A stretch of DNA of 62,203 bases, the filler included, from Choristocarpus tenellus KU-1152 (lineage: Eukaryota > Protista > Phaeophyceae), in the NCBI GenBank assembly GCA_964200185.2. It is 12 parts of 12 records of this genome, joined end to end, with 100 filler letters (N's around TTAATTAATTAA, not from the genome) between each part and the next. Parts side by side here need not be neighbours in the genome. Positions count along the whole stretch, not along the records: positions 1 to 4,298 come from CAXNAD020015232.1; positions 4,399 to 13,476 come from CAXNAD020004013.1; positions 13,577 to 16,926 come from CAXNAD020020629.1; 9 more parts are not named here. The stretch is one strand, 5' to 3'. A model generated the notes under the pieces. It saw nothing but the letters and a program-made list of their open reading frames with translations. It did not search any database and had not been told where the DNA came from. This document shows, piece after piece, positions 1 to 13,782 of this stretch (position 1 is its first letter; each line of letters opens with the position of its first letter). The translations under genes were made by a program, and so were the position numbers.

Positions 1-1047
1 TTCTTTCCCTTACCATTGTCCATGCATTCCTCAGAACCTCTGGCCTCGAGAGCAAGGGGACCCCCCCCCCTGTTTCCATGAGGCTCCTCGGTTCGCAGGG
101 CCAGTCCCACAGCTTGTGTCAGGTTCTCTGTAGTTTTGGTGGAGGGATTACGTCCCTCATGGTCCCTTGCAACACCCCCGGGAAATTTTGACCTCTTAGA
201 AGGAGGACTCTTCAGATCTCGAACCTTCCCGGTCTTAATATTTTTTACCCTCTTCACAAAAGGCTTCTCCTCGGTAAAGGAATCCAAAGACTCTTCGTCC
301 CAGGTGCCCCCACCTCTCCCTTCAACCCTAGAAGTATCTTTGGTTGCACACCCTCCCAGACCACCTATTTGTCCACCCGTAGAAGATCAACAATACAGAT
401 CGACCTCATCTACACTACCCAGTCCACCATCGTCAAACGTGTCAACCTCTCTCACCCTTTCAGCCATAACCTTGTCATCGTTGATATGAACCGCGCTTGT
501 GTTGATGCAATTGATTTTAGGAAACTTTGTTGAAATTTTCACCCCATTCATATAGACCTCAACAGGCAGGTGCTCAGCATTTCCTACATGGAATCGTCAT
601 CACCCCCGCTGAAGTTGGATACATAGCTACTGTAGACTCTTGAACTATCCCTGTCAAATTTTATGGCTGCTTTTCGTCGTCCCCAGCAGCCCGGACTATC
701 ATACGGGCTATCATAGCGCCATCGGCGATATGTCCTCCCTTATCAACTTCCCCCCCATACTCTCCTTTATGGAGACATGTTGCCATATCCTCTACTTCTT
801 TCTCATACTCAGATCTTAATTTGGACAGTTTGCTATCAAGGTCTTCCAAAAGCTTGGGGTCATGGTTCCCGCACAGAATAGTACATGCGAATACAGGAAG
901 GATTGATTATTTATTTGTTTCCGAACGAAGAAAATAATGTACTTCCGATTGATTATTGTTGGTAGGATTTATAGAACATGCACTCTGGATGGATAATACT
1001 ACAACTACGAAGAAGTGCTCATGAATTGCGAGAACGTACAAACACAC

Positions 1048-1306
1048 GAGTCAAAGTATCTTAGAGGGTAGAAGCGGATCTGTTTGGGGGCTAAAATATA
1101 ACGTTGTGAGTTTGATACAATTTTGACTATCGTGTTTGTTAGGAAGTGTCAATATCCTTGTTCCGAACACACCTTTGCACAACGTACAAAATTTACCTAC
1201 TCCGAAACATTTTGGAGTAGAAAAGCATCATAAAGAAAATCGTGGGAAGCCAAGCCCCAAACGGACAAACAGGGGAAAACCCATACCCTCTATGATACTT
1301 TCACTC
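1048..1306 (+). mobile_element. MITE family A (Sola2-like), full copy
   Basis: TIRs GAGTCAAAGTATCTTAGAGGGTA ... TACCCTCTATGATACTTTCACTC; internal sequence matches the other copies; no clear TSD. Confidence 0.9.
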
Positions 1307-2070
1307 CATTTATATGTACGTATGTATATACATGCACGCATTATAGGGTACTTTACCGAGTCGAAATCCCTTCTTACTTCTCCTGCAAAGTCTTGAAAAA
1401 AGCACGACATGTAGATACCATTTTCGGTTATGGTCGAACAAAAAATATCATAAACGATCAACATTTTCGATAAGTATATGCAGCACATCGTGGACTGCAT
1501 TCAGGATGATGTATGTACCATCACAACAATTGAATGCCGTAAGCACGTGAAAGTAACAATGACCGAGAAGAACTGACGTACTCTTTCTTTAGTATCACGA
1601 TACTAAAATGTCATCATGGTGTTGTGACTCCGCAACTCAGACACTGGAGAACTTAATGCGAATAACTGACTGCATAGGGAATGTATGCCTACCTCTCTCT
1701 AAGAAGGCAGGGGCTCAGACTGATGAATTGATGTTAATAATGCTCGCTCACTGTTGTACGTCAATTCACTCACTACCATCACCTCCATGAGATTAGGGCG
1801 CATCGTACAGTAACACAACATGAAGTACTGAGTAGGTAGTGCATGGTGGTGTTTCTATTATTGGAGTACACTCTTCACTCTCCCTTTAGCAACCCCACCA
1901 GATTGATAAGCTGAACAACCACAGGAAGGCAGGGAGCAGCACCACGATGACCCAACAGAGTTGGGTGATGCAACAAGTGCAGCAAGTAATGATTAGTACC
2001 TACCGTCTTTCTGCCTCTGCAAGTAGTAGTGTTTCTTTCTGTTTGAAGTAGAAGAAGGGGAGTTGCGCTA

Positions 2071-2329
2071 GAGTGGAAATATCTTAGAGGGTACGAGTTT
2101 TGCCTGTTTATCCATTTGGGGCTTGGCTTCCATTCGGGCTTTTATGACATTTTCCTACTCCAAAATGATCGAGAGTAGGTAAAATGTATACATTATGAAA
2201 AGATGTGTCCGGACCAAGGATATTGACACTTCCTAACAAACACAATAGCCAAAAATACATATCGAAATCGCAACATTGGATTTTGGCCCCCAAAGGGACG
2301 CGACTCTACCCCCTAAGATACTTTGACTC
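2071..2329 (-). mobile_element. MITE family A, full copy
   Basis: Both TIRs present; perfect 4-bp TSD GCTA/GCTA. Confidence 0.92.
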
Positions 2330-3296
2330 GCTATATAGACTTCGAATTCGTAGTGAAATTGATGATGATATTGCGTGGGATAAAGAGGAGGAGGAGGAGG
2401 AGTAGAAACATCACCAAGCCCAGCTCAGCTGGAAAATTGAGTGAGAGCGACTCAAACGCATGCACGCACTACTACTACTAACTACTACTACTCCAGTAGT
2501 GGTAGTTTCGTTGTGATAGACGGTGCATTGACGCAACAACAGTTACACCAATTTTATGCATCTTATATAATATGTGTGTATACTATATCAACCATTGCAC
2601 ACAAGATGATTTATTTGGATCGTGCAATGTTTGGAGGGGGGGTTGACAATGTGGCATGTGGAGTGAGCATGAGTGGCACATATGATGACAGCAAATGGAG
2701 TACTTCGACCTCTACCGCATAATGGTGGTACTCGGAAGTATGTAAAAAATGTGTACATGCCATTCCTCCTTAGAGCTAACTGGGTATCCCGCCTTCTTTG
2801 TTCACGGTCAACAGATCAGCAAGTATTTTTGTACTAGTGTTATTGTATGTACGAGGTGGATAAAGAAATGGGTGAGTAGGGAGGTGGGGTGGGGATTCTT
2901 GGGTCAACCATATTTTCATATTTTGTTAGGCACGATACTACAATACTATTAGTAGTATGTACGTGTGAGTGAGTTAAGGTTAGGGTTAGTACTTACTAAG
3001 TCTAGTAATATAGCAATACTACAATTGGAGACAAAGCCCGCTCAGCGCCTGTTCTTTGGTACAGAATATATTTATAATGTTATTAGTACAAGTGAATAGT
3101 AACAGTACCCTACATAATACGCACGACTGACGATGACTGATATGTGAAGAATAAGTCACATTTGAATAACATTCGTATAATTTTATTACCAGTTAAGAAG
3201 TCGAAAATGGAGGCAAAGACGGAACAATCGACGAACAGGCTATCCATCATTTAATAACACCCCCACAACTAACCCCCAACCATTCAGAAAGACAAA

Positions 3297-3558
3297 GACT
3301 CAAAGTATCTTAGAGGGTAGAACCGCGTCCATTCGGGGGTCATATAATCCAGTGTTGCGATTTTTATGTCATTTTGTCTATCGTGTTTGTCAGGAAGTGT
3401 CAATATCCTTTTTCGGACACACCTTTTCATAACGTATACTTTTTACCTACTCCGAAATATTGTGGAGTAGGAAAATACCATAAAAAATACCTGTGGGAAG
3501 CCAAGCCCCAAATGGACAAACAGGGCAAAATTCGTTACCCTCTAAGATATTTTCACTC
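3297..3558 (+). mobile_element. MITE family A, full copy
   Basis: Both TIRs; flanks CAAA/AAAA (3 of 4 match). Confidence 0.9.
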
Positions 3559-4298
3559 AAAATTATGTCTACAATCCAAATCAAGATCGAATTCCAAGGA
3601 GCCAAGAGTACTCTCGAGACCCCTCAATCACCTTCCATGGGCGGGCCGAAAGAAGGTTTTACTGAGGCCTATTTATCGGGGCTCAGTCCCGCCAACAACC
3701 TTCGCTTCACCTACAGAGACAACACCGAGGAGGAAGGCATCACGTTCAACAGCACGGCCGAGCTTGCACTGACCCTTTGAACTAGTCCACCCCTGCTCCA
3801 AGTGAAGGTCGTCAGCGTGGACAATCGCTCACAGGTCCAGGGAAGCCAGGACACGGACGCCTCTTGACCCTCCGTCAAGGACACTGAGTTGAGTGGGCTG
3901 TACACACTGCTGTGTCGTGCTATCTGGGGCAGGCCCACGGCGTGATCATCACCCCTGCACAGCTCGAGCCGATGATCAATCTCCTTCACTTCCGGCCTAG
4001 CCGCCTGTCAAGCGTGGCCTGGTCGAATCAACTCCCAAGAAGAAGTTTCACGGAGTCGTCTGGTCGTCGGAACATGTCACGGACTGCAAAGCCGACCCCA
4101 AAACCCCAGCTTCAGCTGCAGAAGATGAGGAGGGGCGGAGCAGCACCGATGCATCCTGCGTGAGCAATGCGGCAAGCAGTAGCGAGGGTCCTCACCAAGG
4201 CTGACACCAACCCGACAGAAGGCCCATGCACACTGCCCTTGAGGCCAAGGGGGTGCATCTTCGTCCCAGAGACGTGAAGCCCCTCGTTGACACCATTG

Positions 4299-4398
4299 NN
4301 NNNNNNNNNNNNNNNNNNNNNNNNNNNNNNNNNNNNNNNNNNTTAATTAATTAANNNNNNNNNNNNNNNNNNNNNNNNNNNNNNNNNNNNNNNNNNNN
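4299..4398. other. Artificial contig linker (first of 11)
   Basis: N-run + TTAATTAATTAA (stops in six frames) + N-run, 100 bp. Also at 13477-13576, 16927-17026, 22244-22343, 26064-26163, 29603-29702, 32504-32603, 48646-48745, 51884-51983, 55690-55789, 59574-59673. Confidence 0.98.
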
Positions 4399-6492
4399 TT
4401 CAGAATTGTGGTTGTGTTAGTCTGCAATCAGGCAGTCACAGTGCAGGGGTGGGGGGGGGGGGGCACGGTGGTGGTGAGAGGGGGAAAAAGAGAGAGTTCT
4501 TCCAATCAGTAGAGGTCGTCGATTCCTTATCAGGTGGTGGGGCGACATTGTTGGGGGGGGGGACTGTGTCCCTGGTTTGCGGTACACGCACCCATATATA
4601 TATTTTTTCTATCTCTTACAGACTTGTATAAATAAAAACACGTCACAATGATCGGTTGCACCAACGTCATTTTCCTTTTCACGTTCTACGTTTACGCTCT
4701 TTGTAATGAATGCGAATGCGTTTTTAAGCACAAAATACTGTCTTAGACTTTTGACTAGGGTTGTGGCTGAGCGAGAAACCCGTGCTTACTGTAAAACGGT
4801 GGCAAGCAAAAGCGGCAAAATAACACCATCCCTAACAAACAAACAAAGAAACAAACAAAAATAAGCTAGTTTCAGCGTGCTCCGTGCAGTTAGGGTTTCA
4901 CAAAGTGACTGCGTGGTAGCATGCGACATCTAAAACGGCATTTTGAATTGTATTTTCGAATCACACTGTCTCCCAGGTTGTAAGGTGGCCCACTGGCCTG
5001 CAGAACTCGATTGACACCTACGAGCACAACAGCGGTTAGAAGAAGGAGAGGTAATAAATGACATCAAGAGGGATGCAGTGACGATAAGAGTAAAATACTT
5101 TGGGATGGCTCCAGATGCAGAAAGGATAGGACAGTGACCCTCACTGTGGTATCGAAACACATGGTCTAAGGCGCTGAATCTACTGGAACACCTCTCTACC
5201 TCCTGTTTTGTCCTCCCTTAAACCTACCAAGCTGCTGAGATTCACATGAGCATGCCTTCGTATACACAATCACACACAGCAGGGACAAGTCAAAGAACTA
5301 AAGAGAGATGCCAAGCGAAAAACTAGAGAGCACTTCTTCACAACGCCTCTACTACTGCAACGTGTTGTCGGGCAAATGTGAGCAGGCATCTACATTCTAT
5401 GCATCGGGCAGTTCTTTGCCTGAGAGGGAACACACAGGCACTGCATGACCATAGTTTTGTTTGAATTGGAAACATGGCGAGGAGCTGCGCTTTGGCGAAT
5501 CGAAGCGATTTGCACAGGCCGTATCCAAGCCTGTTTATGAGGAGGGGAACTCAACGATCACTGCCTTGTGCAAATTCTTGCCGTTTGGAAGAGGTTCTTC
5601 TTGAAACAGAGCGTTCACTTCGGGGGGGTTTTTCACCCTTGAAAATAAGGTTCAATTACGTATCAACACCCTTGCAGTGCAAACCTTAGTTCAGAACAGT
5701 GATAATATGATTGACCGCAAAAACAACTGGGGCCAAGCACCAAGAGGAAAAGAAAAAAGGCGTCTGTCATATTGTAGCCACTTCAGATACCACTACGACG
5801 TATGAAAAGACGTCTTTCATGGTAAACATTTGCTCAAGCTTTTAACAGAACCTCTTTCTCAGTATCCTCAAACTCCCTTCCAGCATTCACTGCTGCCCCC
5901 AGCCCCATAATGCAGGCGTCCTCTGTCAATCATCTCTCTGTGGTCAGGCGTTTATCACAAGACACTTGAGGCATGTGTCCGGGACCCCAGTCAGACGACC
6001 TCATTTTCTAAAGTAAGTCCTCGACATTTTGAAGGGCAGGTCACTACACACCACCCCAACTTACTGGAAATTTATTGATGAATTTTTTAATAGATGAAGA
6101 AACCAAGGAAGCTGAAAGCCTACATGGTACTTCCACTCTAGCGGGAACGACTTTTGCGGGGAAGGCTTGATATCAAATGATACCTCCTTTTCTTTTGACC
6201 AGAGAGAGAAATATTGCTGTCTTCGTCTTCCTTCTTGTAAGGCACAAGTTTCCATGAAGCACCGGAAAAGTAAAGACCTTGCCCCTGTCTAGTACAAGAG
6301 ATTTCCCCTCCCTCCCCCTCCTGGGAGACCACGGTCAAATGAGGATGTAAGCCTGATCTCGAATTGGTGGAGCAATTCATTCAGGTCTTTGAAGGTAGAA
6401 ACATAGTCCAGGAGTAATCGGCAATGGGTGCGATGGAACATCTAGGCGCTACGTTAGTATGAAATAGAACTAAGAGCAACATTTTTGCTCAC

Positions 6493-7052
6493 CTGTGTAT
6501 CCCAAATAAAGACCAGCACAGAAGGATGCTCTTGCGTGATTACATCATACAAGATTACTTTCCCCGTTGGCCCCTTCACTCGCCGGCGCACAATACCTCG
6601 CCACCCCTTGTAAACCTAACCCATTAGTTGGAGGGTTGAGCAATAGATAATTCATGGGAAGTAGTGAGATTGCCTCTACTGGGAAACACTAAGGGATACA
6701 CAACCTGGAAACAACCTGTCGTATGCCACCACCAAATTTGAACACTAGGCAATGCTATGCATACCTATGCTAAGGTAACTACGCTGTTCTCTGGGGACCG
6801 TTGGTCGGCATGCCAGTGACAAACACCCTTACTCGATTGGGGACACAAACGACAATGGAGGGGGGTTGCAGTGTTATGGATGGCTCAAGAACTGTGAACC
6901 TAGTATCTCACCGACTTTTCCCCCACGAACTTGTGCGTTAACCGTGCAGAGGTTGGAGGCTGTACCACCACAGCTGGGGGACTGACTGGTGTGAGGTTTG
7001 GAGTCTTGTCAGACTTTCCCACATTTGAACCCACTTGTGCGTGGTGGGCATC
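6493..7052 (-). CDS. Nudix hydrolase-like protein, two internal exons (partial)
   Basis: Phase-0 exons 7052-6912 and 6615-6493 with AG/GT borders join to ...HKFVGEKS|VYKGWRGIVRRRVKGPTGKVILYDVITQEHPSVLVFIWDTQ. This resembles the N-terminal part of ADP-ribose pyrophosphatase-like Nudix proteins; the Nudix-box exon was not found. Confidence 0.6.
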
Positions 7053-9467
7053 CTGTTGTGGAATATTGACAAGGTGAAAGGGAGGGAAATGGGCAGTGTA
7101 AGTGAAGAGGGGACTCCCCGTCCTTACAAAAATTTCAGAGATTGACTGGCGTCGAGCACAACAGCCACATTTGTTGGTAAATGTGGATGAATCAACAAAC
7201 CTTTTTCCATCTAAAAAGTCCCCTGATGCCTGCGTTCGGTCTTCCCATCTCGTCCCTAGTCCGGCTCTGGTGGAGCACTAAGGGGGGCTGAATATTTGCC
7301 CCTCTCGTTTATCCTGTAAATCTGTTCAGCCTCCAAGATCTCCCGGTTTACCCGACAAACGCCGGGAAACTTCTTGACCTCTTCGTAGTAATTGTGTGTC
7401 GTTTTGTGGTCAAAAGTTCGAATTTCTTGACCTCTTCGTTGTAGTTAGTCGTTTTGAGATCGAAAGTACTCCTTGATGTTGTTTCAACCTGGTCTTCTCT
7501 AATATAGGGTAGGAGAGTCAAACAATGTTGACGTCTAGAAAGCTACACCGTGATGGTGAACTGGCAACCCTCAACAGACAAACTATGCTTATAACTCTTG
7601 TGTGTACCCAAGACACTCTTCACCTTCACGAGAGACTTCTATACAGGATGAAAGTGCTAGGAATAGGAATTTGGAACTTTTTTTTTTTGACTTTTTAATG
7701 AACCAGATAGGAAGAGGTACGTCGGTACATGGAAGGGTCATATATCTACATGATGTAACGTCGAAAAATTCTGTAACGTTCAATTGACTGACAGGAATGG
7801 CATTGGTAAAACTTAGTATAATTATTCCGCAAAGAGCCAAGCGGATTGTAAAACTATAGTAAAAAAAAAGGCCGAGTGTATCGAAATTTCTGACTATTCA
7901 TTTTCATCTGTCTTAATATCCAGTTCGATTCCATGAGAAATATATCATCCGAACACTTCTGCACCTAGGTCTCTCCGTTGTTTCCATGGACTACTTCTGA
8001 CTACATTCAACCATCATCCACTTCATCGCAACTGATCAAACATTTTCCATGTGTGTTTTAATGCCGATGATGTGGAAGTAAAGAACATACAATAATACCC
8101 TTCAACATACTTCAACTCATATATGTATATATATGTGTGAAAAATGGAAAACAAACAGGAGTATTAGTGATTAGTGTATCAAATAGTCATGTATCCTTCA
8201 CATCTCCTTATCATATACTCACTACTGTTGTGGTACACCTACTACTGTCGTCAATCATTCAAGACCACAGCGATTCAATCGGTTTCAGTTTGACTTAGTG
8301 GAAAAATATTCGAAAAACTGCCCTGAAAAGGTTCGGTTATTCAATTTTTATTACTACACGTAACACATTTGTGAGTAGTACTGAACAAGGTTTCAGATGG
8401 TCACAAAACGATATACTCATCACAAAATGTCACTACTCATAACTAACTCACTACATTTTTCAATGTTCATGGGTTGGGATCTCACTGGTGAGATGTGTGA
8501 AGAATGTGGAGTTTTTGCCTTTTGTGCTAATAGTTCAATCAATGCGATTAATATGTAGGCAATTAGACTAAGGTCATCCCTGCTACCCAGGCATATCTCC
8601 CACTCCCACTTATTTCTTCCTGGTGCTGCTAGAGCAATGACTGGACAGCTAGCTGGAGGATTTTCTCCTTCTCTTTTCCTCCCAGCACAGCCCCCCAAGC
8701 AGGGTCTACTGCCAGACAGACACACAACCCTCGCTGTTGTTCCTTTCTTCCTTGTGCTGCAGGATCACTCTATCAGTTCATATCCATTCACTTTATTGGT
8801 TATTAACTGATGGAGCTTCCCCGCCTCTTCCCTACCAGAACCTCCGCCCCTTCACCCACGCATAACTCACGCAGATGATGTGGGTTTGTGGTCTCCATGG
8901 TTCACAAAATCAGACACCAACCACCAAAAGCCAGAGATTAACAAGAAGAGTGTATAAGCCCCACCTATGTCCTAAATTATCGTTTTCTTTCCTGCCCTAA
9001 TGAACCTCATGTGTTGCACACAACCAGTATCCATTCAACCTATCAACAATTCCAGTTAGTTGGATGTATAGTACGTGAGCAAGTAGTGTATGCTAAGTAC
9101 AACGAACTACGAAGTTTAGCACATTGGTATACAATAAAAAAATATCTCTAGTTTTGTTTCATCTCACATAATAATCTCTCATAATCGAAAACAAAACTAG
9201 AGATGCTTGACCCTAATCCCAATGTAATTGGGTGCGTGATCTCTAAAAAGGAATAACAAAAACAGACACCAATACAAAAACATCTGATTCTGTTCAAGTC
9301 ATAGTTCCTTCATGCTAAGGAAAAGTATTTTTGTCGTTCAAGACAGTGTGTTTTGCTTCATAATACTATCCTCCCCTATATCCTTACAATAAACTGAGAT
9401 TGAGGTCTTTCCTGCTCGCATATCAGGTTATCAAATATTTCGTACATATTGTTTTGGATTTCTAGAC

Positions 9468-9732
9468 GAGCTAAGGCATGCAAGGAGGTAAGGCCACGTC
9501 CAATCAGGGTCAAAAATCCAATGTTGCGATCTTGATTAATTTTGGATATCGTGTTTGTTAGCAAGTGTCAATATCCTTGCTCCTGACACACCTTTCATAG
9601 TCCTATACACTTACCTACTACGAAATCCGAAACGTTCACATAGAAAAATGAAAAGAGGCATAAAAAAAATGTGAAACCAAGCCCAAATGAACAAACAGGG
9701 CCAAATTCCTACCCCCTTAGATGCTTTGGCTC
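9468..9732 (+). mobile_element. MITE family A, diverged subfamily (GCAT/ATGC TIR variant)
   Basis: GAGCTAAGGCATG ... AGATGCTTTGGCTC; perfect TSD AGAC/AGAC. Confidence 0.85.
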
Positions 9733-12700
9733 AGACTATTGTCCACTGCTCGTCACCACAATCAACGTATGCCTCCAGGAATAGACACAAATTGTCCAAT
9801 TCATCGGTTACATTGCTTTAACAACATATACCACCGACAAAGGCAGAACTTTACAGATCCGATAACACACACCACTACCCAACTACAGTGTTTAACCATT
9901 TTATTACCCGTCACTAATAATGGGGAGAATGGGCACATTTGTTACAGCGTGCCCCTCAGAACTCACCTCCACAGGATGTACAACTCAAATCCAACGACCT
10001 TAAAACGACACTATGGGAACGTTGCCCTTGATAACAGTTTTTAGGGTGTCAGGTGTCCTTCTCTTCTTGATATTCCATTCAGTGCTTAGCTCAAAGCTCG
10101 ACTCAAAGTTTTGTTCAAGATAAAAAGTAAGGACTGAAGGAAAAAACGGGTGATGGTTTGACCAAAAGCCCTCTTATTTTTTTCATCATCCTCACAATTT
10201 CTTTGATCTTCTATGCAACTGCTCTACACGTACTCCAATCATAAACCTTTATTCTGCAGCTTCTTAGGGACTTTGACAAATGTTACGTATGCATTCCAAA
10301 TCTTACTCTGTATCTTCTACAAAATCATCATATTTATTCTGTAAGGCTACCTATGTGTTCCTAATATCGTATATTGTTCGCACCTGTTAGAACGCGAGAA
10401 ACAATACTCGCACTATACTCAGTCACGAATGCTCGTGTTTGCTAAAACATGGGAAGAAATGCTCGCGCTATTCGCCTGTAACACATTTATTATGTATTAT
10501 GATACATTTTAACGTCTACAAAGTTGGAAGATCTAAATAGAGGTGGATATTGATTGGTCCACATAACCTCCTAAATGAATGACAACAATTTGTTGATAGA
10601 GTCAGAATATTATCTGCTGTATGAATAGGCGTGAAGATGATTGATCCTCCTAACAAACCCTTAAATACAGCGTTTCGCGACTTGTTCACAAATGTGTTCG
10701 TTGGATCCAAGAGAAATGGCAAACTCAACCACAACATCTACCAGAACGGGTGAACCTGCAATGTCCTCAGGGTCTGCGGTTGATGACTCTCTTACAACTC
10801 TAACTCGTCATCACATACTGGGCCATCTACAGAGGTGACAGCTTTGAAAACCACCTTCTTGGGCTCATCATGCACCAGTCTGAGACGTCTGTGGCTAGGT
10901 TGGTTGATTTTACTGGCAATGTACCTTCAAGGATGCAGTTGATTCATTACAAATATGGTGGATTAGGGACCTGGAGGATGAAGCGACCAGGTCTGGCAAA
11001 TGAAGGCCCCTTGTGTTTAGAAGTGGGAAAGAGGATAAAATAAGGAGTATACCTCAAATGAGCGGAAATTTGGTTGGCAATGCATTGATAAAGAGGGATA
11101 CATGTACCTTGATAGCATCCCTCAACAACAAGGATGATCCGAAATGGTTGTATTGTTATAGGCGAAATGCCTTGATGGCAATTTCATTATGACCTTGAAG
11201 TCGTAGATTTTATATATTTGTACTTTGTGACTATTTTTATATTATTTAGTCATTATCATGCCCACCGAGGAGGTGTATTGTAGCTCAGTTCTGTTTTTAT
11301 GATGATGATGATGATACTCATGAAGTGATTAATCGAAGTGAGAGATCCAGCGTACTTGATGACTTGTGCATCATGGAGCCTTGTACGAGCTTCATGGTCC
11401 CCATGCATTCTTATGGATTGGAGCTGCATATCTCATCATGGCAAGCTTGCGGAGAGTTGGGTAGCAGTATATCCCTTCCCAAACATCACCTCAAAAAATG
11501 ACAAGGACTTATATGTCGGAGGGAAAGTATGAAGGTTGCGAGACCAGGTTTAGTCGAGTCCGCTGCGATGCTGCTCAGCTTTTGGCCGTACTCTTTTCGG
11601 AACAGTTCTTTGAACTTCTCATAGCCAAAGAACTTACCTTTGCTGGAAGACCTCAAACAAAGAAAACAGGACACTCTGCAGGACTTGTGGATAGAGTGTG
11701 AAAGGGCGTTCACCGACCCATCATGGGTCACTGATGAGGGTGAGTTGTTCGTAGATAGTGCTGCTGATACACTATAGACACCTTCGGTGGAGTGGATTAG
11801 GAAAGATAAACACCACCAGTGGAGTAAAATATGTATGGAGTAACGGAACAATCAATTAGTGGTTGAGTTATCAGATCCTTTCACTAATGATTAGTTGAAT
11901 GATAATTTTTCTCATATAAAAGGAAATATTTCTGATTTATGGGGCATTGCATGCTCCACCGAACTTTAATCAATCACTCTACAGAGACACCAAGCAATCT
12001 CGCTGGGTTTATCACCTTTATCCTCTTTGATGATTTTGGGGATACTTTAACATGAGTTTCCAAAACCACAAGTATCAGTGTGAGGATGCTCCAGGCAACC
12101 TTCAGTGATCTCTTGGTGCTCTCAACTATGTTGGACCTGCTATATGTTGGAACAATAGAAAACCCCTGAGCTACCGAGAAAGCAGTCAGCTGGTTGATTT
12201 CCAGTAGCTCAAGGTTTTGCTATGGTTTCAACAAATCTAATCCTGGGGATTGCGAGCTATGAGACTTGGTTAGGATTTGCCTGTAATTAGCTTTTTTGTT
12301 GAAACTTCAGTACACCCCTGAGTCACCGGGAAGGAGTCAGCTGAATACTTTCTCAGTAGCACCGGATCACCGGATGGATACTCTCCATCTACCATGATGC
12401 AGAACCCAAGGGAAGACTATCCAACCACTCCTAAATACTGATGATGTCTATGCAGTCCGATAGTTTGTGCTCTAGGGGGTGTTCATGGACCCCAACCTGA
12501 AACAGTAATGAGATCACACACTTCCTGGAAGGGATGATAAGGAACTGTTTGAATAGGTTTATAGGCTATCTTGTCAATATTGTGTTGCTAACATTTTGAG
12601 CAGTGTGTGACGTATCCGAGAACAGATGTAGTTGAATGCACGGTTTCGACAGGAGGGCGAAGATTCTAGCAAATTTTAAATCCAACGCATGAGTTTTTTT

Positions 12701-13354
12701 ACCTGGAGGTTCAGTCTATAACCAACTTGCGCCCCAAAAGAAGCGTATATATAGATGCCGGATAAAACTTGAAAAATATACGTCTGATGCGAACAAACAG
12801 CCCATCAACTGCATCTACACATCTAGACACGATGCACCAACACGACCTCGTCTCCTAAATCGTCTGGGCCACATGAAACTAGTCCAGCGCCAGCTCCTGG
12901 CAATTCACGATCACAACCTCAACCATCCTGGTCATATCGTGTGCTACCATTTTGGCGATGACGACGGGTCCATGAGCTCATAGATACTGTCACCAACCAG
13001 AAACTGGTGACCGCAGGCAAGTGATCACTCACCTGGAACAGTTGTATTGCAGACACAGCCCATCCTCTTCTTCCTTTTTGAGAGAACAATGTAGAAGACC
13101 GAAAAGAGAAGAAAATAATGAAAGCCTATGCGGAATCGTTTGGCGGAACGTGTAGTCCTATAGCACAGGTCCCTTCTGGACACGGCATGACCACCTCAAA
13201 TGTCCCACCGACGATATAAACGTGTTATTCGCCCCTCTTGGTCCCTGCTGTTGTGATTTTCGTCTGAACAAAAAGTATTCCATTCATCTTCGCTCCAATT
13301 CCCGCTTTCAACCCTGTCCATTGGGGATGTTACGCAACAACATCCCCTTATAAT

Positions 13355-13476
13355 GAGTGAAAGTATCTTAGAGGGTACTAGTTTTTCCTTGTTTGTCCAT
13401 TTGGGGCTTGGATTCCCTTGGGGTTTTTATGACATTTTCCCACTCCAAAATGTTTCGGAGTAGGTAAAATTGACAT
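13355..13476 (-). mobile_element. MITE family A, truncated by contig end
   Basis: GAGTGAAAGTATCTTAGAGGGTAC terminus and central hairpin. Confidence 0.88.
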
Positions 13477-13576
13477 NNNNNNNNNNNNNNNNNNNNNNNN
13501 NNNNNNNNNNNNNNNNNNNNTTAATTAATTAANNNNNNNNNNNNNNNNNNNNNNNNNNNNNNNNNNNNNNNNNNNN

Positions 13577-13668
13577 GGATGGATAATGTAAATATCCTTT
13601 TCCTTATTTTGGTCCAAATGGACCCCCTGGTGTAGACCCCCCCCCCCCCCCCCCAGATACTTTTGGCC
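13577..13668 (+). mobile_element. MITE family B (poly-G TIR), right end
   Basis: GGATGGATAATGTAA...GGTGTAGAC(C)nAGATACTTTTGG, matches 16749-16926 and 52929-53146. Confidence 0.8.
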
Positions 13669-13782
13669 ATGAATCAACATTACAAACATCCTGTGTCAGC
13701 ATGCATCAGGAAAGAAGAGACAATCCCCGAAAATTGTACCTATGCTACCATAAAATACTTGAAGGAGCAGTAAAAAACCTAC

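Noticed and set aside
1-860. Long, stop-interrupted minus-strand frame
   Set aside because: Looks like decayed coding sequence (possibly a retroelement ORF1), but no diagnostic motif was seen.
13140-13300. WSEDEWNTF..SDE-like text suggesting a Tc1/mariner transposase
   Set aside because: It needs a frameshift, and no further catalytic motifs or TIRs were found.
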